A stretch of DNA of 64,000 nt from positions 51,276,001 through 51,340,000 of the forward strand of contig CM059432.1 of assembly GCA_030390025.1 (NCBI GenBank). Direction: 5' to 3'. The position numbers and the translations under genes are program-made. Shown here one piece after another: positions 13,651 through 27,143 of the stretch. This DNA is from Squalus acanthias. Its lineage: Eukaryota. Within the stretch, counting starts at the first letter, position 1; every line of letters begins with the position of its first letter. Under the pieces are notes generated by a model. It was given only the letters and a program-made list of their open reading frames with translations. It ran no database searches and was not told the origin of the DNA.

Positions 13651-13768
13651 TTGTAGCACTTAGATTTTGCCTGGCTGTTGGTTCTGCAAACTCATCACAT
13701 TAATATCTGAGCGAGTGGAACTGTTCAAACTCAAATACTGTGCTACCAAATCATGTGCCATTGTGTAT

Positions 13769-14305
13769 CAGCCGTGGCTCAGTTGGTAGCACTCTTACCT
13801 CTGACTCAGTAGGTTGTGAGTTTAAGTCCCACTCCAGAGACTTGAGCACAAAAATCTAGGCTGACACTCCAGTGCAGTACTGAGGGAGTGCTACACTGTC
13901 AGAAGTGCCATCATTCAGATGAGACGTCTGCCCTATCAGGTGGATGTAAAAGATCCCATGGCATTATTTTGAAGAAGAGCAGGGAAGTCATAAGAAAATA
14001 AGAACATAAGAAATAGGAGCAGGAGTAGGCCATACGGCCCCTTGAGCCTGCTCCGCCATTCAATAAGATCATGGCTGATCATCCCTGGTGTCCTGGCCAA
14101 TATTTATCCCTCAATCAACATCACAAAAACAGATTATCTGGTTATTATCACATTGCTGTTTGTGAGTGCTTGCTGTGTGCAAATTGACTGCCATGTTTCC
14201 TACATTACAACAGTGACTACGCTTTAAAAGTACTTAATTGACTGTAAAGCACTTTGGGACGTCCTGAGGTCATGAAAGGTGCTATATAAATGCAAGTTTT
14301 TCTTT
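13769..14305 (+). mobile_element. tRNA-derived Deu-domain SINE (SacSINE1/AmnSINE-like)
   Basis: tRNA-like head with A box GTGGCTCAGTTGG and degenerate B box; central GGATGTAAAAGATCCCATGGC...GGCCAATATTTATCCCTC; tail GGTGCTATATAAATGCAAG. Confidence 0.8.
13989..14080 (-). mobile_element. CR1 3'-terminal fragment inserted in the SINE
   Basis: (CATAAGAA)n tail followed by GGAGCAGGAGTAGGCCAT, the same 3' end as the CR1 at 22600-22674. Confidence 0.75.
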
Positions 14306-14539
14306 CACTTTCTGCGAGGACTTATTTTTAATTAAAAATCTAATACAGCAGATCCCTTTTTAACTGCAAATCGAATGGAAACTACTATTCACCTTCCTAC
14401 TGTTGCTATTTGATCCAAAACTTAGCACCTTGTGATAAGTGGCCTTTGGCCAAATACCTTGAAAGAAAAGTAACCTGAAAAATGCAATACAAGACTTGGG
14501 ATAATTTTACAAATTTTGTTCAACCTGTGTCCTATTTGA

Positions 14540-14865
14540 GCCTATTTCATTCCTATGTCCTTGCCCACATTTTCCACTCTTCTAAATCTGGCCTTCTGTG
14601 TGTTCCCTTCTCCCACCTCAACCCTACCATTGGTGGAAGAGCCTTTAGCCTTCTCATGCCCACACTTTCTTCCTGAACCTCACCACCTTGTAGCATTTCT
14701 CCCCACCTTCAAAAGATTTCTTAAAACCAACATTTGCCACAGTGTCTTTAGCCACCTCTTTTAACTGCCTTCCTACTCCAGCTTGGGTCTGATCCCCAAC
14801 TATGAAGCATTTGGCTATGAGATATTTGGCTATATTAATGGTTCGATATACATTTCAGTTGTTGT
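14540..14865 (+). mobile_element. Old L2-like LINE 3' fragment
   Basis: TIGGRAFS-like terminal ORF2 motif and FKRFLKT. Similar to 38300-38606. Confidence 0.55.
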
Positions 14866-16934
14866 GTCGGAATTGGCTGGTTTTCTACCATTCCTGTAAG
14901 ACAAATTAGATTTTTGAAATCTATGAACCTACCATTTTGATTAAAGGTGTACAATTCTACAAAAGAATACTATTTCTGACAAAAATAACTCCCAAAGTAT
15001 TTTCTTTTTCGAAAACTTACTTAGAAAAATAGAAGTTTCCTCTATTTTCTATTCGTAGTTACAATCTAAATACATTCTTTATGGTCATATTTGAGATTTT
15101 ACTATAAATAAGGAACCAAGAAAATCTCCTCGCTGGTCATAAATGATTTTGAAGAAAGATGACTCATTATTGATGTACTTACACTGTAATAATGTGAAAA
15201 TATTCCTATGACGCTGCAGGTAGAAGACCTTGTTATTGACTTTTGTCTATTGACCTACATGACCAGCAGGGTTTATTAATAAGAGAAAGCAGACAACATG
15301 ATTCGTGTGGTTTTGGATATTTTGCTATATCATATCTTGCCATTGTGTTGAAATATAGACGGGTTCATATCCTCTGCATGAATTTAAACAGCTTTGCAAA
15401 TTCTCTCGACATTTATTTATAAGATAATATGATTCTTTGCTGAAAGCAATTTCTCACCTATAGCTACACACAGAGTGAAAGGATCATATACATTATAAAT
15501 AAAAGCTTAAAGAAATTGTGAAATTGTCTAAGTTCAGTATCGAGGGCACATCATTTTAAAAAAACTTCCAAAAAAAAATCTTGAGGTGTAGATCTCAGCC
15601 AAAACAATTCCTATAATAGAGAAGGTGTACTGGATCTTAGTACTCAGTTCCAGTTCTTTTCAAACCAAATGTAATGAAAGTAAATGTGGTAGATTATAAA
15701 ATCTATACTGCCTGTAGTATCCTTCACTAAATCATTTTTTTAGTGCCTGATCAATGTTTCTTCTTCTGAATTTCATATAGCTTGTCAATTCAATTAATTT
15801 TTCCACATTGTCAGGTAACAAATATGATATGAAAGCTCCTGCAGATTATATGGCACATTTGTTAGCTATTACTATTGTTAGATTACTATTCACTGCCAAT
15901 CTTACCTACAAGGCCAATTCATGTTGCTTTATTTGTAGAGACTGCAAATGAGTGAAACTCTCAAGTGTTGTTACCTGGTCACAATCAACTGCCAACAATA
16001 ATGCATTGCTATCCTCTGGGGAGTATACCTTGAAGTACCACAGAGGGAAACCCTCTTGTACCCAACTCACACAGCAGCCATCAAAAAAGATTGGGTGCTA
16101 TACCGCTTATCACTTGCCTGCAGACTCTGTTTTGCGCCTCCACATTGGGTTTCCTTTCTTTTCATTGTTTTGCCTGACATTTCTCCCCCTCCCCTCAGCA
16201 TTAGAAAGGCTGACAAGTATTTAAAATTTATTTTGAAGCTTTATGAAGGATGGAAAAAAAAATGTTCCCATATGCAGCACTTACCTCTAAGTGCACACAT
16301 TCCTTTCAATTTGAGGTGATGCTCATGTTTTATGCACCTCCATTGGGCTAACACCTTGTACAAAGCCATTCCCTACTGGGTTAGCTGCTAGCACAAGCCC
16401 AAGCTACACAAGCATCGATGGAGAATTACTCAAATGAGTTGATCTCACTAAATTCTGTGCAGTCAGCACACTGCAGCTTGGCTAGATCTGCACCAGTAGC
16501 AAGGCTGAAATGCCTAAATGTAGCCTGGACGACAAATTGGGCCCGAGTATTCTAATCCATGTTACCACCAAGTTATAGCCTCAGCAGTTAATATAAAATA
16601 GGTCAAAGCAGACAAGTAGAAAATGAACAACTATAAGTTCTGGAAATCTGAAATAATAACAGAAAATGCTGGAACTAGGCAGTAGGCCTATCAGTATCTG
16701 AAAAAAGAAAAGTTAGACTAATATTTCCAGTGAAGATCCTTCGCCATCCTGGGCAAGGTGTTTACATGAGAGAATTTGTTATTTTATTGGCAAGGCCTGT
16801 TAAAAAGTTCACTGCTTAGTGAGTATCCCTTTTTAGTTATTTTGGCAGGAATTAATATCATTTAAACTAAACCAAGTATACAAAAAATGAGCAGAATATC
16901 ATATGTTGAATAATCATGAAATATCTATTTTGAA

Positions 16935-17612
16935 AGCTTTGCATTTATATACCCCTTATGAGATGTAAAAGCATTTCACATAAAATGCATTACTTTTAAG
17001 TGCAATGAGTGCTGTTGAATGGGCAACACAGTAACCATTTTGTGTACAGCAAACAGCAATAAAAAGAATGACCAGAGGGAAGAATGTCTCATCCAAAGGA
17101 TGGCACCTCTGACAATGCTGTACTCCATCACTGGAGAGCCAGGTTTGTTTATGAGCTCAAAACCCTGGTGAAGGCTCAAACCCACAACCTCTTGATCCAC
17201 ATGTGAGCGTGCAACCAAGCCGATAAAAGAGAAGAAAGAAAGACCTGCATTTATATAGCGCCTTTCATGACCACCGGACGTCTCAAAGCGCTTTACAGTC
17301 AATGAAGTACTTTTTTGAAGTGAAGTCATTGTTGTAATGTGGGAAACGCGGCAGCCAATTTGCGCACAGCAAGGTCCCAGAAACAGCAATGTGATAATGA
17401 CCAGATAATCTGTTTTTTTTGTTATGTTGGTTGAGGGATAAATATTGGCCAGGGCACCGGGCATAACTCCCCTACTCTTCTTCGAAATATGGGATCTTTT
17501 ACGTCCACCTGAGATAGCAGACGGGGCCTCGGTTTAACGTCTCATCCGAAAGACGGCTCCTCCAACAGTGCAGCGCTCCCTCAGCACTGCACTGGAGTGT
17601 CAGCCTAGCTTT
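16935..17612 (-). mobile_element. Deu-SINE copies (younger at 17225-17612; older decayed at 16935-17215)
   Basis: Reverse complement of the SINE at 13769 (CTGCATTTATATAGCGCCTTTC...GGGATAAATATTGGCC...GGGATCTTTTACGTCCACC). Confidence 0.75.
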
Positions 17613-17786
17613 ATGATAGTTGGTAATACTGTTGCCTCTGTGTCAGACCTTTATCTTGATCTCTAGCAATGTCATAAAAATATTTATTTTTAGTAATCAT
17701 ATAACTGCAATAATATAAAATAAATGCATTATTTTATAAGTACCTCTCATATTTTTGTTTTCTTAACATCAAATTAATATCACATA

Positions 17787-18526
17787 GGGGTGGAAATTGC
17801 GGTCGGAGGCTTCCCCCAGGCAAATGCCTCCGATCCGCAAGAAAACTGCGCACCTACCTGGTGTCTCCGTATCTTCGGACTCTTGCGGTCCTGGGCCTGC
17901 AGGCGCATGCCTGCATAAATGCCCACGTATCCCAGGAGCGCATGCGGTTCGAAAGCGTCCCTGGGATCATGTGGGCCAGCCCAACCAATCACAAAAGGGG
18001 ATTCCCATTATGCTTATGAGGATTCCATTTACATACGGAATCCCCATAAGCATAATAGGAATCACCTGAAAAATACACTTTCACCCCACTTAAATACAAA
18101 TAAATCATTACATGTTAAAAATTAAAATACAATTTAATTAAGCATTTAAAACAAAAATTGATTTTTTTGAAAAATAAATGTAAACATTTTTAAAGGGGCC
18201 AAAAATAACCTAAACTAATTTTAGAGGTCTTTTTAAGTTTAAATGATTTTTTAAAAATTATTTTCATATTTATTTAAACCCTTACGCTGGTAAAAGAAGG
18301 CCCTACGCCTGCTTTTACCAGGCATAAGAGTTTCGTGGGCATTCGCTGGGTAGCAGTTGGGGAAATAGCCCAACCCTGCGCCAGCGAATGTCCATTTCCT
18401 GCGCATGTGGATCATCTGTCAAGCTGAAACTTGGCAGATCGCAAGTTCCGGGTTTTCACACAGGCGCATCGTGTGCAGAAACCTGGAACTTGTGTTCGCG
18501 GTCATAGGCCCCGGAAAACCCGGGCC
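17787..18526. mobile_element. Non-autonomous Harbinger-type element
   Basis: Ends GGGGTGGAAATT and AAAACCCGGGCC, with ATA on both flanks. A homologous copy lies at 19969-20400. Confidence 0.7.
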
Positions 18527-18930
18527 ATAGTATCCATGATTGAATAAGAAAATATGAAAGCTGCTTGTTGAGTAACGCACAATAATTTAATGAAGTAAAC
18601 CAGCACAATTAATTAATATTCTGCACTTAAACTAAACCAATGTAATGCAATTAACTAGCTAATTGAATGCTGTACAATAGCCACAAGCTAATGTAAATTA
18701 GATCAAAGTGTAGTTCCAGTGTTGCTGCCAATAATTCCTATTGATTCTCAATACCAGTTATCAGACCCCTCAATTAAGGGACTCTTAAATGCATGGAAAG
18801 TCAAAATGACAAAATACAAATGCTGCTTCATTATTCATCTTTTTGTCTATTTTCTGAATTGTATTTTTTTTTTTAATTGCTATTTTATTGCTGGACCTCA
18901 ATGATCATAAACAAAATTATCCAAGTTAAC

Positions 18931-19117
18931 GGAGGTAATTTAAACCTAACCCGCTTGTCGGGAAACTGAAGCGACCAGATCGGCCACCCGTTTTACATGC
19001 CGCCCGATTTTCGTTCCCACAAAGTCAATGTAAAGTAAAATCAGGTGGAGTGTAAAACAACTGGGCAATCTGATCGCGTCAGTTTCCCGCTGGGTGGATT
19101 AGGTTAAAATTATTCCC
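18931..19117. mobile_element. Fully palindromic (hairpin) MITE, about 187 bp
   Basis: GGAGGTAATTTAAACCTAA...TTAGGTTAAAATTATTCCC, with internal inverted pairs GGGAAACTGA/TCAGTTTCCC and GTTTTACA/TGTAAAAC. Confidence 0.75.
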
Positions 19118-19968
19118 AATATTTTGTAGCCTGCTGCAATATGGCAGAATCAACATCTAATGATCTATCTATCTGATGTTAAATTAAGTGGGGGTGAAAT
19201 TGGATAAAGCCTAAAAACGGGCGCGGGGAGTGTGAAGCGCGATGTGCCCGCACCCTTTCGAAGTGGTGCAGGCAGCATGTAACATTTGTGCTGCCTGCTC
19301 ATTATAATGATTGCAGCGCTGATCTCAGAGCTAAATGTGCTGCTGGTTCGCTTAGCACTCAACAGGGGGGCCAATATCGGGTGCAGTCTACTGGCCAATA
19401 AAATCTGGCCTAGGCTCTCTGCGCTACTTAAAGGGGAGGTGCTTTGTTGCAGAAGCACTTCATTGTCAGTCTGGATGAAGTCATGGCCCAACAGGAAAAA
19501 GAGAGGGCGAGGAGTTTTTCTGATGCGCCACTGGAGGCCTTGGTCCTGGAGGTCCACAGACGATGTGAGGTCCTCTACCCGCAGGGGGGCAGGAGGCCAA
19601 CCAGCCAGCACGCCAGAAGGCAGTGGGGGAGATTGCTCAAGCTGTCAGTGCCATGAGTGTTGTTCCCAGGACCTGGATCCAGTGTCGCAAAAAGTATAAT
19701 GACCACACACGAGTGGTCAAGGTGAGTGAATGCATCTTCAAATGCCATATCCCACCAACTGCACCATTAGCCTCACACACTGCTCAGTGCACCACACCCC
19801 CATCACTCACCTACCAACAATCTCTATCAATCACGGCTCATACGTCCCAATCATAGCTTCACCTCACCCTCACACACTTACCACTGTTGCAAGACTTACA
19901 CCCACATCTCACACCTTGCACACAATCTCAGCTATTCAACCATGGCAGGCGCATCACTCAAACACATT

Positions 19969-20400
19969 GGCCCAAAATTTGCGATCGGAGGCTTCCCGCG
20001 GGCGGATGCCTCCGACTTGTAAAAAATCTATGAATTTACCTGGTGGTCCGGGAGGTACGGAGACTCATGCTCCTGGGCCTCTCTGGGTACCTGTGGATAG
20101 AGGCCCATGTATCCCAGGGGCACATGTGGTTCGCAAGCGCCCCTGGGGTCATGTGGGCTGGCCCAACCAATGAAAGAAGGGGAATCCCCATTCATACTTA
20201 TGAGGATTCTGTACGTACAGAACTCCCATAAGTATGAATGGGGATCACTTAAAAAATACACGAACACATGAAATAATTTTTTTTATTACATATTTAAAAT
20301 TAATTAAAATGCCATTTAATTAAATATTTTAAACAAAAATTAAATTTTTTGAATTTTTTTTAATATGTTTTAACGTGACTAAAAATAAACTTACCTTATT
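19969..20400 (+). mobile_element. Truncated MITE (family of 17787) inside Harbinger copy 2, replacing Myb exon 2 and part of exon 3
   Basis: GGCCCAAAATTTGCGATCGGAGGCTTCCC matches 17787-18200. Confidence 0.7.
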
Positions 20401-21014
20401 GGACAGGGTTTACGAGTGTGGAAAGGGGCTTGCAGGGTCTCATAGCAGGCCAGCAATCTATGCTCTAACAGATGGTTAGGGATGCTGAGGCACCGTCCCG
20501 GGGGAGTGTCAGTGGCTCTGTGGAGCAGGAACCTGCTGTCCTCTCTCAGGATGACAGCATTCGTACTCCCACCACTGCCACTCCGCCAGTGCCCTTGCAT
20601 TGCCTGTCATCCAGCCAGCCCAGACTGCTGTCATCCATGCCGAGGTGGTGCAGTCTACAGCCGGGCCTTCTAGGCCCAGAGTTTCGCGAGCTCAACCTGC
20701 AAGGTCATCTACAGTATCTCCCACTGAAAGTCAGCAGCCTTCCACCAGCCATGCCGCAGCCACTGGGGTAGCATTGTGTAGGAGCACTAGAGTAGGAAAA
20801 GGAACACGAAAGACAGACACTAAGGGAATGCACAAGGGTGATTAGTTGATGTTGTTGTGTAGTATTGGAATTGATAAATTTATAAATTACGTTTGGAATG
20901 TTTGTTTTGTGGTGGCTCTCATTTCCGCTTTGTGCCTAAGAGGACGCTGTGATGTTCTGTGACAGAGGGATGGTAAGGCGGGGAAGTCATGAGCAACGGG
21001 GATCTGGGATTACA

Positions 21015-22999
21015 TTCATTGGAACCGGAGTCTGATGAGGCGCTCATGGACAGCCCGTCCGGAATGGAGATCTGCTGTCTGCCTCCTCCCTTCCTCCCCC
21101 TCCTCCTCCTCCTCCTCCTCCTCTTCTTCTTCTTCCACCTCTTCCTCCTCCTCCTCCTGCTCCTAAGGAGATCACGGAACCCATGGTGGCAAGGGCTGTG
21201 CCCTCATGATGGCCAAGTTGTGGAGCATGTAGCAGACCACCACAAATTGGGACACCCACTCCAGTGAGTACTGGAGTGCTCCTCCTGAGTGGTCAAGGCA
21301 GCGGAACTGTTGTTTTAGCACCCCGATGGTCTGCTCAATGACATTTCTTGTGGCAGCATGGCTGTCATTATATGAGTACTGGCCACGAGTGGTGGGTTGC
21401 AGAGGGGAGTCATCAGCCAGATGTAGAGCGGATAGCCCTTGTCTCTGAGCAGCCACCCTCAGCTTTGACATGGTGGCTGGAAGATTGCTGGCACACTGGA
21501 CTGGCACAGGATGAAGGCATCATGACTGCTGCCAGGATAACAGGCATTCACCATTATGATGTGCTGGGCGTGGTCGCACACCAACTGCACATTAAGTGAG
21601 TAGTAACCTTTGCGGTTGCGGTACATCTCTGGATTGATATGCGGTGCCCATAAAGCCATGTGTGTGCAGTCGATGGTGTCCTGCACCATGGGGAAGCCCG
21701 ATATCCCGGAAAAAAACTACATGCGCACTCCTCCTGTTTCTCTCTGTTCAGAGAGAAGACAATGAAGTCCCTTCTTCTGGAGTACGGAGCCTCTGTGACC
21801 TCCTGATACAGCGATGGACAGCAAATTGGGAGATGTTAGCTATGTCTCCTGCTCCAGACTGGAAGGATCTGTTGGCGAGGTTATTCACTTTGGTAGGAAG
21901 AATAGAAAAACAGAATATTTTTTAAATGGTGAGAAACTATTAAATGTTGGTGTTCAGAGAGATTTAGGTGTCCTCGTACAGGAAACACAAAAGGTTAGCA
22001 TGCAGGTGCAGCAAGCAATTAGGAAGGCAAATGGCATGTTGGCCTTTATTGCAAGGGGGTTGGAGTACAAGAGTAAGGAAGTCTTACTACAATTGTATAG
22101 GGCCTTGGTGAGACCATACCTGGAGTACTGTGCAGTTTTGGTCTCCTTATCTGAGGAAGGACATACTTTCCTTAGAGATGGTGCAACGAAGGTTCACTAA
22201 ATTGATCCCTGGGATGAGAGGGTTGTCTTATGAGGAGAGATTGAGTAGATTGGGCCTATATTCTCTGGTGTTTAGAAGAATGAGAGGTGATCTCCTTGAA
22301 ACATATAAGATTCTGAGGGGGATTGACAGGGTAAATGATGAGAGGTTATTTCCCCTGGCTGGAGAATCTAGAACTAGCGGCATAGTCTCAGGATAAGGGG
22401 TCGGCCATTTAAGACTGAGATGAGGAGGAATTTCTTCACTCAGAGAATTGTGAATCTTTGGAATTCACTACCCCAAATGGCTGTGGATGCTGAGTCTTTG
22501 AGTATATTCAAGGCTGAGATAGATAGATTTTTGGACTCTAGGGGAATCAAGGGATATGGAGATTGGGTGGGAAAGTAGAGTTGAGGTTGAAGATCAGTCG
22601 TGATCTTATTGAATGGTGGAGCAGGCTCAAGGTACCATATGGCCTACTCCTGCTCTTATTTCTTATGTTCTTATGTAAAAAGTTGAGGGCCACACTGACC
22701 TTGAGGGCCACTGGGAGAGCCGTCGTTGCCCTGTTCTGAAGCTGCAGGTCTGGTTGCAGGAGGTGGCAGAGTTCTGTGACCACCTCCTTGGTGAAACAGA
22801 GGCTCCTAATACACTGCTCCTGGCTTAAGTGCAGGTAGGAGAAGTGCTCTCGGAAGACCCTAGTTGGGTAAGGCCTCCTGCTGAGAACCCTCCTGCCCCT
22901 CCTCCTCCCTTTGTGAGCTGCTTGTCCTCTTCTTCGCTGCCTCTACTCCATCTCCCTGTCATACTCGAGTGCAAGGGGGACTGCAAGTAGAGCCCCCAT
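21015..22999 (-). pseudogene. Harbinger transposase, disrupted by CR1 and frameshifts
   Basis: TELCHLLQPDLQ...VALNF (22680-22783), IDCTH...NRKGYYSLNVQLVCD...PGSSHD, TRNVIEQTIGVLKQQFRCLD. Confidence 0.85.
21871..22674 (+). mobile_element. CR1 LINE 3' fragment inserted in the transposase
   Basis: EVIHFGRKN...QRDLGVLV...LYRALVRPYLEYC; 3' tail TTCTTATGTTCTTATG. Confidence 0.85.
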
Positions 23000-23518
23000 G
23001 ACCGGGAGCAAGTGGGTGAGCAGAACCCTTTATATCAGAAGCAAGGCATTCTCCACTTGCAGCACCACTCCCTGTCACCTCACCAACTTTAAATAACTGT
23101 AGAATGCTCCAAACAGTTGCACAAACTTACACAGAGCCAGTAGAAATCAAAAAGCAAGTCAGCTGCAAGTGGTTGCTGATCCCTTTAAATAGCGTTGGTG
23201 GGGGGCCCTTCCTGCTGCTGTTTGTGATTTGGAGAGGGCGGTGAATGGAGTGGTCATGTCCAAAATGGTAGGTCGTGCGCCAAATCAGCGTTGCACACAC
23301 ATTGACATCACAATCTGCCTCATTATCATTTCTTCAGCGTGCGGAGGCAACGGCAGCGTGGCTGACCTGCCCAAAATGGTGGTCGTTGCGGAACCCGCCG
23401 GAAGTAGGTGGAAGTGAGGTGGCCACCATTTTTCACCGAAATCGGCCTTATCACCCGGTGCTAAGAGGCCGAATTTCATGGCCAGCACGTGTTACACATG
23501 TTTCAATGAAAACTCATT

Positions 23519-24277
23519 GGGCTGGATTTTGAATGCCCTGTGGAGTCGGGTTTGGAGGCGTGCAGGGGGTTAAAGTAGCGGGGTCGGGGGTCCCGACCCC
23601 ATCCTGACTCAACGCAATTTTGACAAAATCGGTCACAGGGTTCCCGACTCCGTCCCGCCTCCAAGAGGCGGGAGAGGCCATTAAAGCCCTTATCAAGCCC
23701 TAAATTGGCTGTGTAATGCCATTTTGAAACGTTTTAGCTAGTTTACCCCATTTCTGACATGAAGTACACCTGATGTGAAACACTCGAGTGAAACTTGGCG
23801 GGAGCACAAGTGGATAGTTGACTATCAGCTATTGCTCCACTATTACAACAGAGATGTGATGAAGGTAGTAGTAGTATTAGGTCTGAAAGTCGCCTCTGAT
23901 GCTGCTGCATTGAATGTCTTCAGAGAATGCCTGGCCTTGCTGTGAGAGGACCTGGATGGAAAAAACTCTCTCTCTCTCTCTCCTCTTCTCTCTCGCTCTC
24001 TCTCTCTCTCCAGGTCCACTCACAGCAAAAGCCAGGCAGGTCCACTCACAGCAAAGACCAGGCAATCTCTGAGACCAGGCAGCCTGCAATGATGACATCA
24101 TCAGAGGAGACTTTCAGACTGAAACCACTAATTGGTTCATGGGTTCCCACATGCTGGAACTCAATTGCCCAATTAAGTGAAAATTGCATCAATCTCCCAC
24201 ATTAATCTGGAGTCGGGGGGATAACATGAAATGCGGGTAACACGACCCCAACCCGACCCCAAGACAAAATTCAGCCC
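23519..24277. mobile_element. Non-autonomous Harbinger-type element with an internal (CT)n tract
   Basis: TIRs GGGCTGGATTTT and AAAATTCAGCCC, with ATT on both flanks. Confidence 0.75.
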
Positions 24278-24607
24278 ATTATAAGTACCTGCAGTACCTA
24301 TTAATCCTGTAAGTGACACTATGATAGATATGTTAAAGAGGTCACACTGTGTGATGCACTATAGGTGCTATTTTATAGTTAGAGTATATCACCCTGAAAT
24401 TACACAATCTGGCCACCACGTTCCCATAAACTGCTCAAAATACTTTCTGAAAAGAAATTTCAGTCAGGATTTTTTCTTCAGTAACTGAAATTTATAAAAT
24501 CCTAAATAAGGGTTTAAACAAAATGAAACAGTCAAAATTTTTTACAATAACATGATTACATTTATCCATTGAATTGTCTTTTGTGCCATTTAAAAGTTGT
24601 TACTTAG

Positions 24608-25242
24608 AGGCCTCAATCTCTCCAAAAACTTGGGCTCAAACTTGAGGGAGTAGAAATGTGTCAAGGCTTATCTTCAGGCCCAGAATCGGTGCTGTGGAGG
24701 TAGCGCGTGCCATAACCAGGAGGCCTGAGGCTGGCCTGAAATTAGGCCATGGGTGTTATTTGCTTAATTTGGGCGAGCTTCCAGGGGCCACAGGCAGCTC
24801 TTCTCTTTTGCAAAGAAGATTGCCGAGCTGCTTGAATCGCCAACAACAGCTAGAACGTAAGAGGAGGGGATGGAGTTGAGGGAGCACTCCTGCTCTTCCT
24901 GGCTCCACAGCAACAATTTTTGATTGATTTAAAAAAAACTTACCTTTCATTGGCGGCCGTAGGGGACACTGAAGGAACTAAAGTAGAGCAGGCCCAACCC
25001 CTGCTCCTCTGATCGCCAAACAGTTTCAGCCAGAGGACCTAAAACAGGCATTAGGCCCCTCATTTACATATGTAAGGGGCCTAACGCCTGTATTAGGCAG
25101 TCACCCATAACACCTGCAAAACCGCCTTTACCAATATGGCGGTGCCTGTAATGCAGACGTCCGACGTTGCGGTCCAAAACTGGCCATTTTTACACCACGT
25201 TTCCCATCCAGTAAATGGATGCAACGAGGACTAATTTCTACC
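24608..25242. mobile_element. Probable MITE related to the element at 36016
   Basis: GC-rich block sharing motifs (AGGCCCCTCATTTACATAT, CTAACGCCTG, CCAATATGGCG) with 36016-36725. Ends are degenerate. Confidence 0.45.
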
Positions 25243-26549
25243 GTGATATTTTTGCCTAGAGCTGTGACTCTGAGCTGAATTTGGATTGTGCAGTCTGAAC
25301 ATGTGTACCTAATTTCCCGCAATATACTGATGGGATTTAGCACTTTTTGCTCAGTAGCTTTTATTCAAATAACTTTGAAAAACAAGAGGACAAATTTCCA
25401 GAGTTTTACTGAGGTAAAATTTATACTGCAAATTTAAAAAAAGAGAGGCTGTGTCCTTGTGTTTGTCTATGTGTTTATATGCCTCCATTCCAGCTTCACT
25501 CAAGTCCTTTGCCTCAAGAACGTCTACATTCCTTGTCTGGGTCCCAGGATTTCTTGCACTCCTAGGTTCAGCCAAAAGAACACTTATGCTCCTGGTCTTA
25601 GTTCCAGGAGCACCTCTGCCCATGTTAGTTCCTAGATTTTGCAGCTCCCACTTGGCAGGTAACTGGGAACCAGCTCTTTTTCACCCTTGCTTCCATTCGA
25701 TACCACATCCTCACTCCAACTCCCACTTTACCAAATTGCTGTGCTTTCTATTCCAATGTTGCATTCACCACCCAACCGCACTGCTCCCCTGCCTGTGCTT
25801 CATTCCCCATTGGACTACTTTGTTCACTGGCTTGTGTCCTGGACAGTCAGCAGCACTGCAGGAGACCTATTGGTATTTTTATAATATTCAGTATCAGAAA
25901 GATGCATAAAATCATTCTGATAAACTGATTTTTAAAAAATGTGCATAATTTGGAAGCTACAAAGTATTCAGAAGGTCAACACGTACAGTGTGAAAATGTC
26001 TTACTGAGAAAATATTGAGTGAAGTGATCCATACAGAAGCAGTGCGAAGTAAGGCGATTGATATGGAACCATGCAATTACTGTTAAATAGGCACATCTGT
26101 CTTCAGCTGAAATCAGATCTCCTGTGTATTTTGTTCACAGTCATTTTCATATGACGCTCTTCATGACAGGTAAACAGCATTACAGATTTGTTTAAATAGT
26201 TTGGGCTTAATTTCAAACTTGGAGCAAGAGTTTGAATGAGAGCCACACTTTTTCACCCTTTGTTGTGAAATGTTGAAACTGCTTTTACACATTTGCATTG
26301 CATTGGATTTTCTAATCCAGACTTGCAAATGCAGTTTTCCACTTGAATATATCAGCAGGCAGGGTTTCGGTGCATATTTTTCTCCAGATGTTATTTCTAC
26401 TTATTCCCTAATGCAAATGACTGCATCGGCGTGAGATGTTCATTCAGTGAAAACATATTTAAAAGGAAAAACATGCACTAAGTCTGTTCCCAGGATACTT
26501 GGAACCCTAAACTTGGAGGATGGCGGCTGGAGGAAAAACCACGGAACCA

Positions 26550-26810
26550 AAGAGCTTTACAGCACAGAGGAAGCCGTTTGCCCCATTGTGTCTGTGCGAC
26601 TCTTTGCCAGAAAAATCACACTGTCCTGCTGTCCCCATTGGCCTCTCCTTCCTCTGAATCAAATATCTATCTACTTTTCCTTTAAACTTGTTTCCTGGTC
26701 ATTGACCAATGCTCTACCGATGCTGCTATATTTCCAGTTATACCATATGTCAAACCTTCTGTAAGACATCTTATGAAATGCAGTCTGAAAATTCATGTAC
26801 AGCATATCTA
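26550..26810 (-). mobile_element. Old CR1 remnant, continuing at 30531-30610 after the nested insertions
   Basis: TACAGCACAGAGGAAGCC CR1-type 3' end. The sequence GAAAATTCATGTACAGCATATCTA resumes as CCGCATTCCC at 30532. Confidence 0.55.
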
Positions 26811-27143
26811 ATCCGGCCAATTACCGCCCCATCAGTCTACTCTCAATCATCAGCAAAGTGATGGAAGGTGTCATCGACAGTGCTATCAAGCGGCACTTAA
26901 TCACCAATAACCTGCTCACTGATGCCCAGTTTGGGTTCCTCCAAGACCACTCAGCTCCCGACCTCATTATAGCCTTGGTCCAAACATGGACAAAGGAGCT
27001 GAATTCCAGAGGTGAGGTGAGAGTGACTGCCCTTGACATCACGGCGGCATTTGACCGAGTGTGGCATCAAGGAACTCCATAAAACTGAAGTCAATGGGAA
27101 TCGGGGCAGGGGGGGGGGAAACTCTCCACTGGCTGGAGTCATA

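Larger units (their letters stand above)
19190..23483. mobile_element. PIF/Harbinger transposon copy 2 (decayed; MITE and CR1 insertions)
   Basis: Ends GGGGGTGAAATT and AATTTCATGGCC. Myb exon 1 at 19483-19721 (RERARSFSD...RTWIQCRKKYND|gtgagt); transposase on the minus strand. Confidence 0.8.

Noticed and set aside
13769..13845. tRNA gene
   Set aside because: It is the tRNA-derived head of a SINE and continues into the Deu domain.
15010..16400. Several minus-strand GTAAGT donors and short candidate exons in unique AT-rich DNA
   Set aside because: They could not be joined into a stop-free recognisable protein. They may be chance matches or non-coding.
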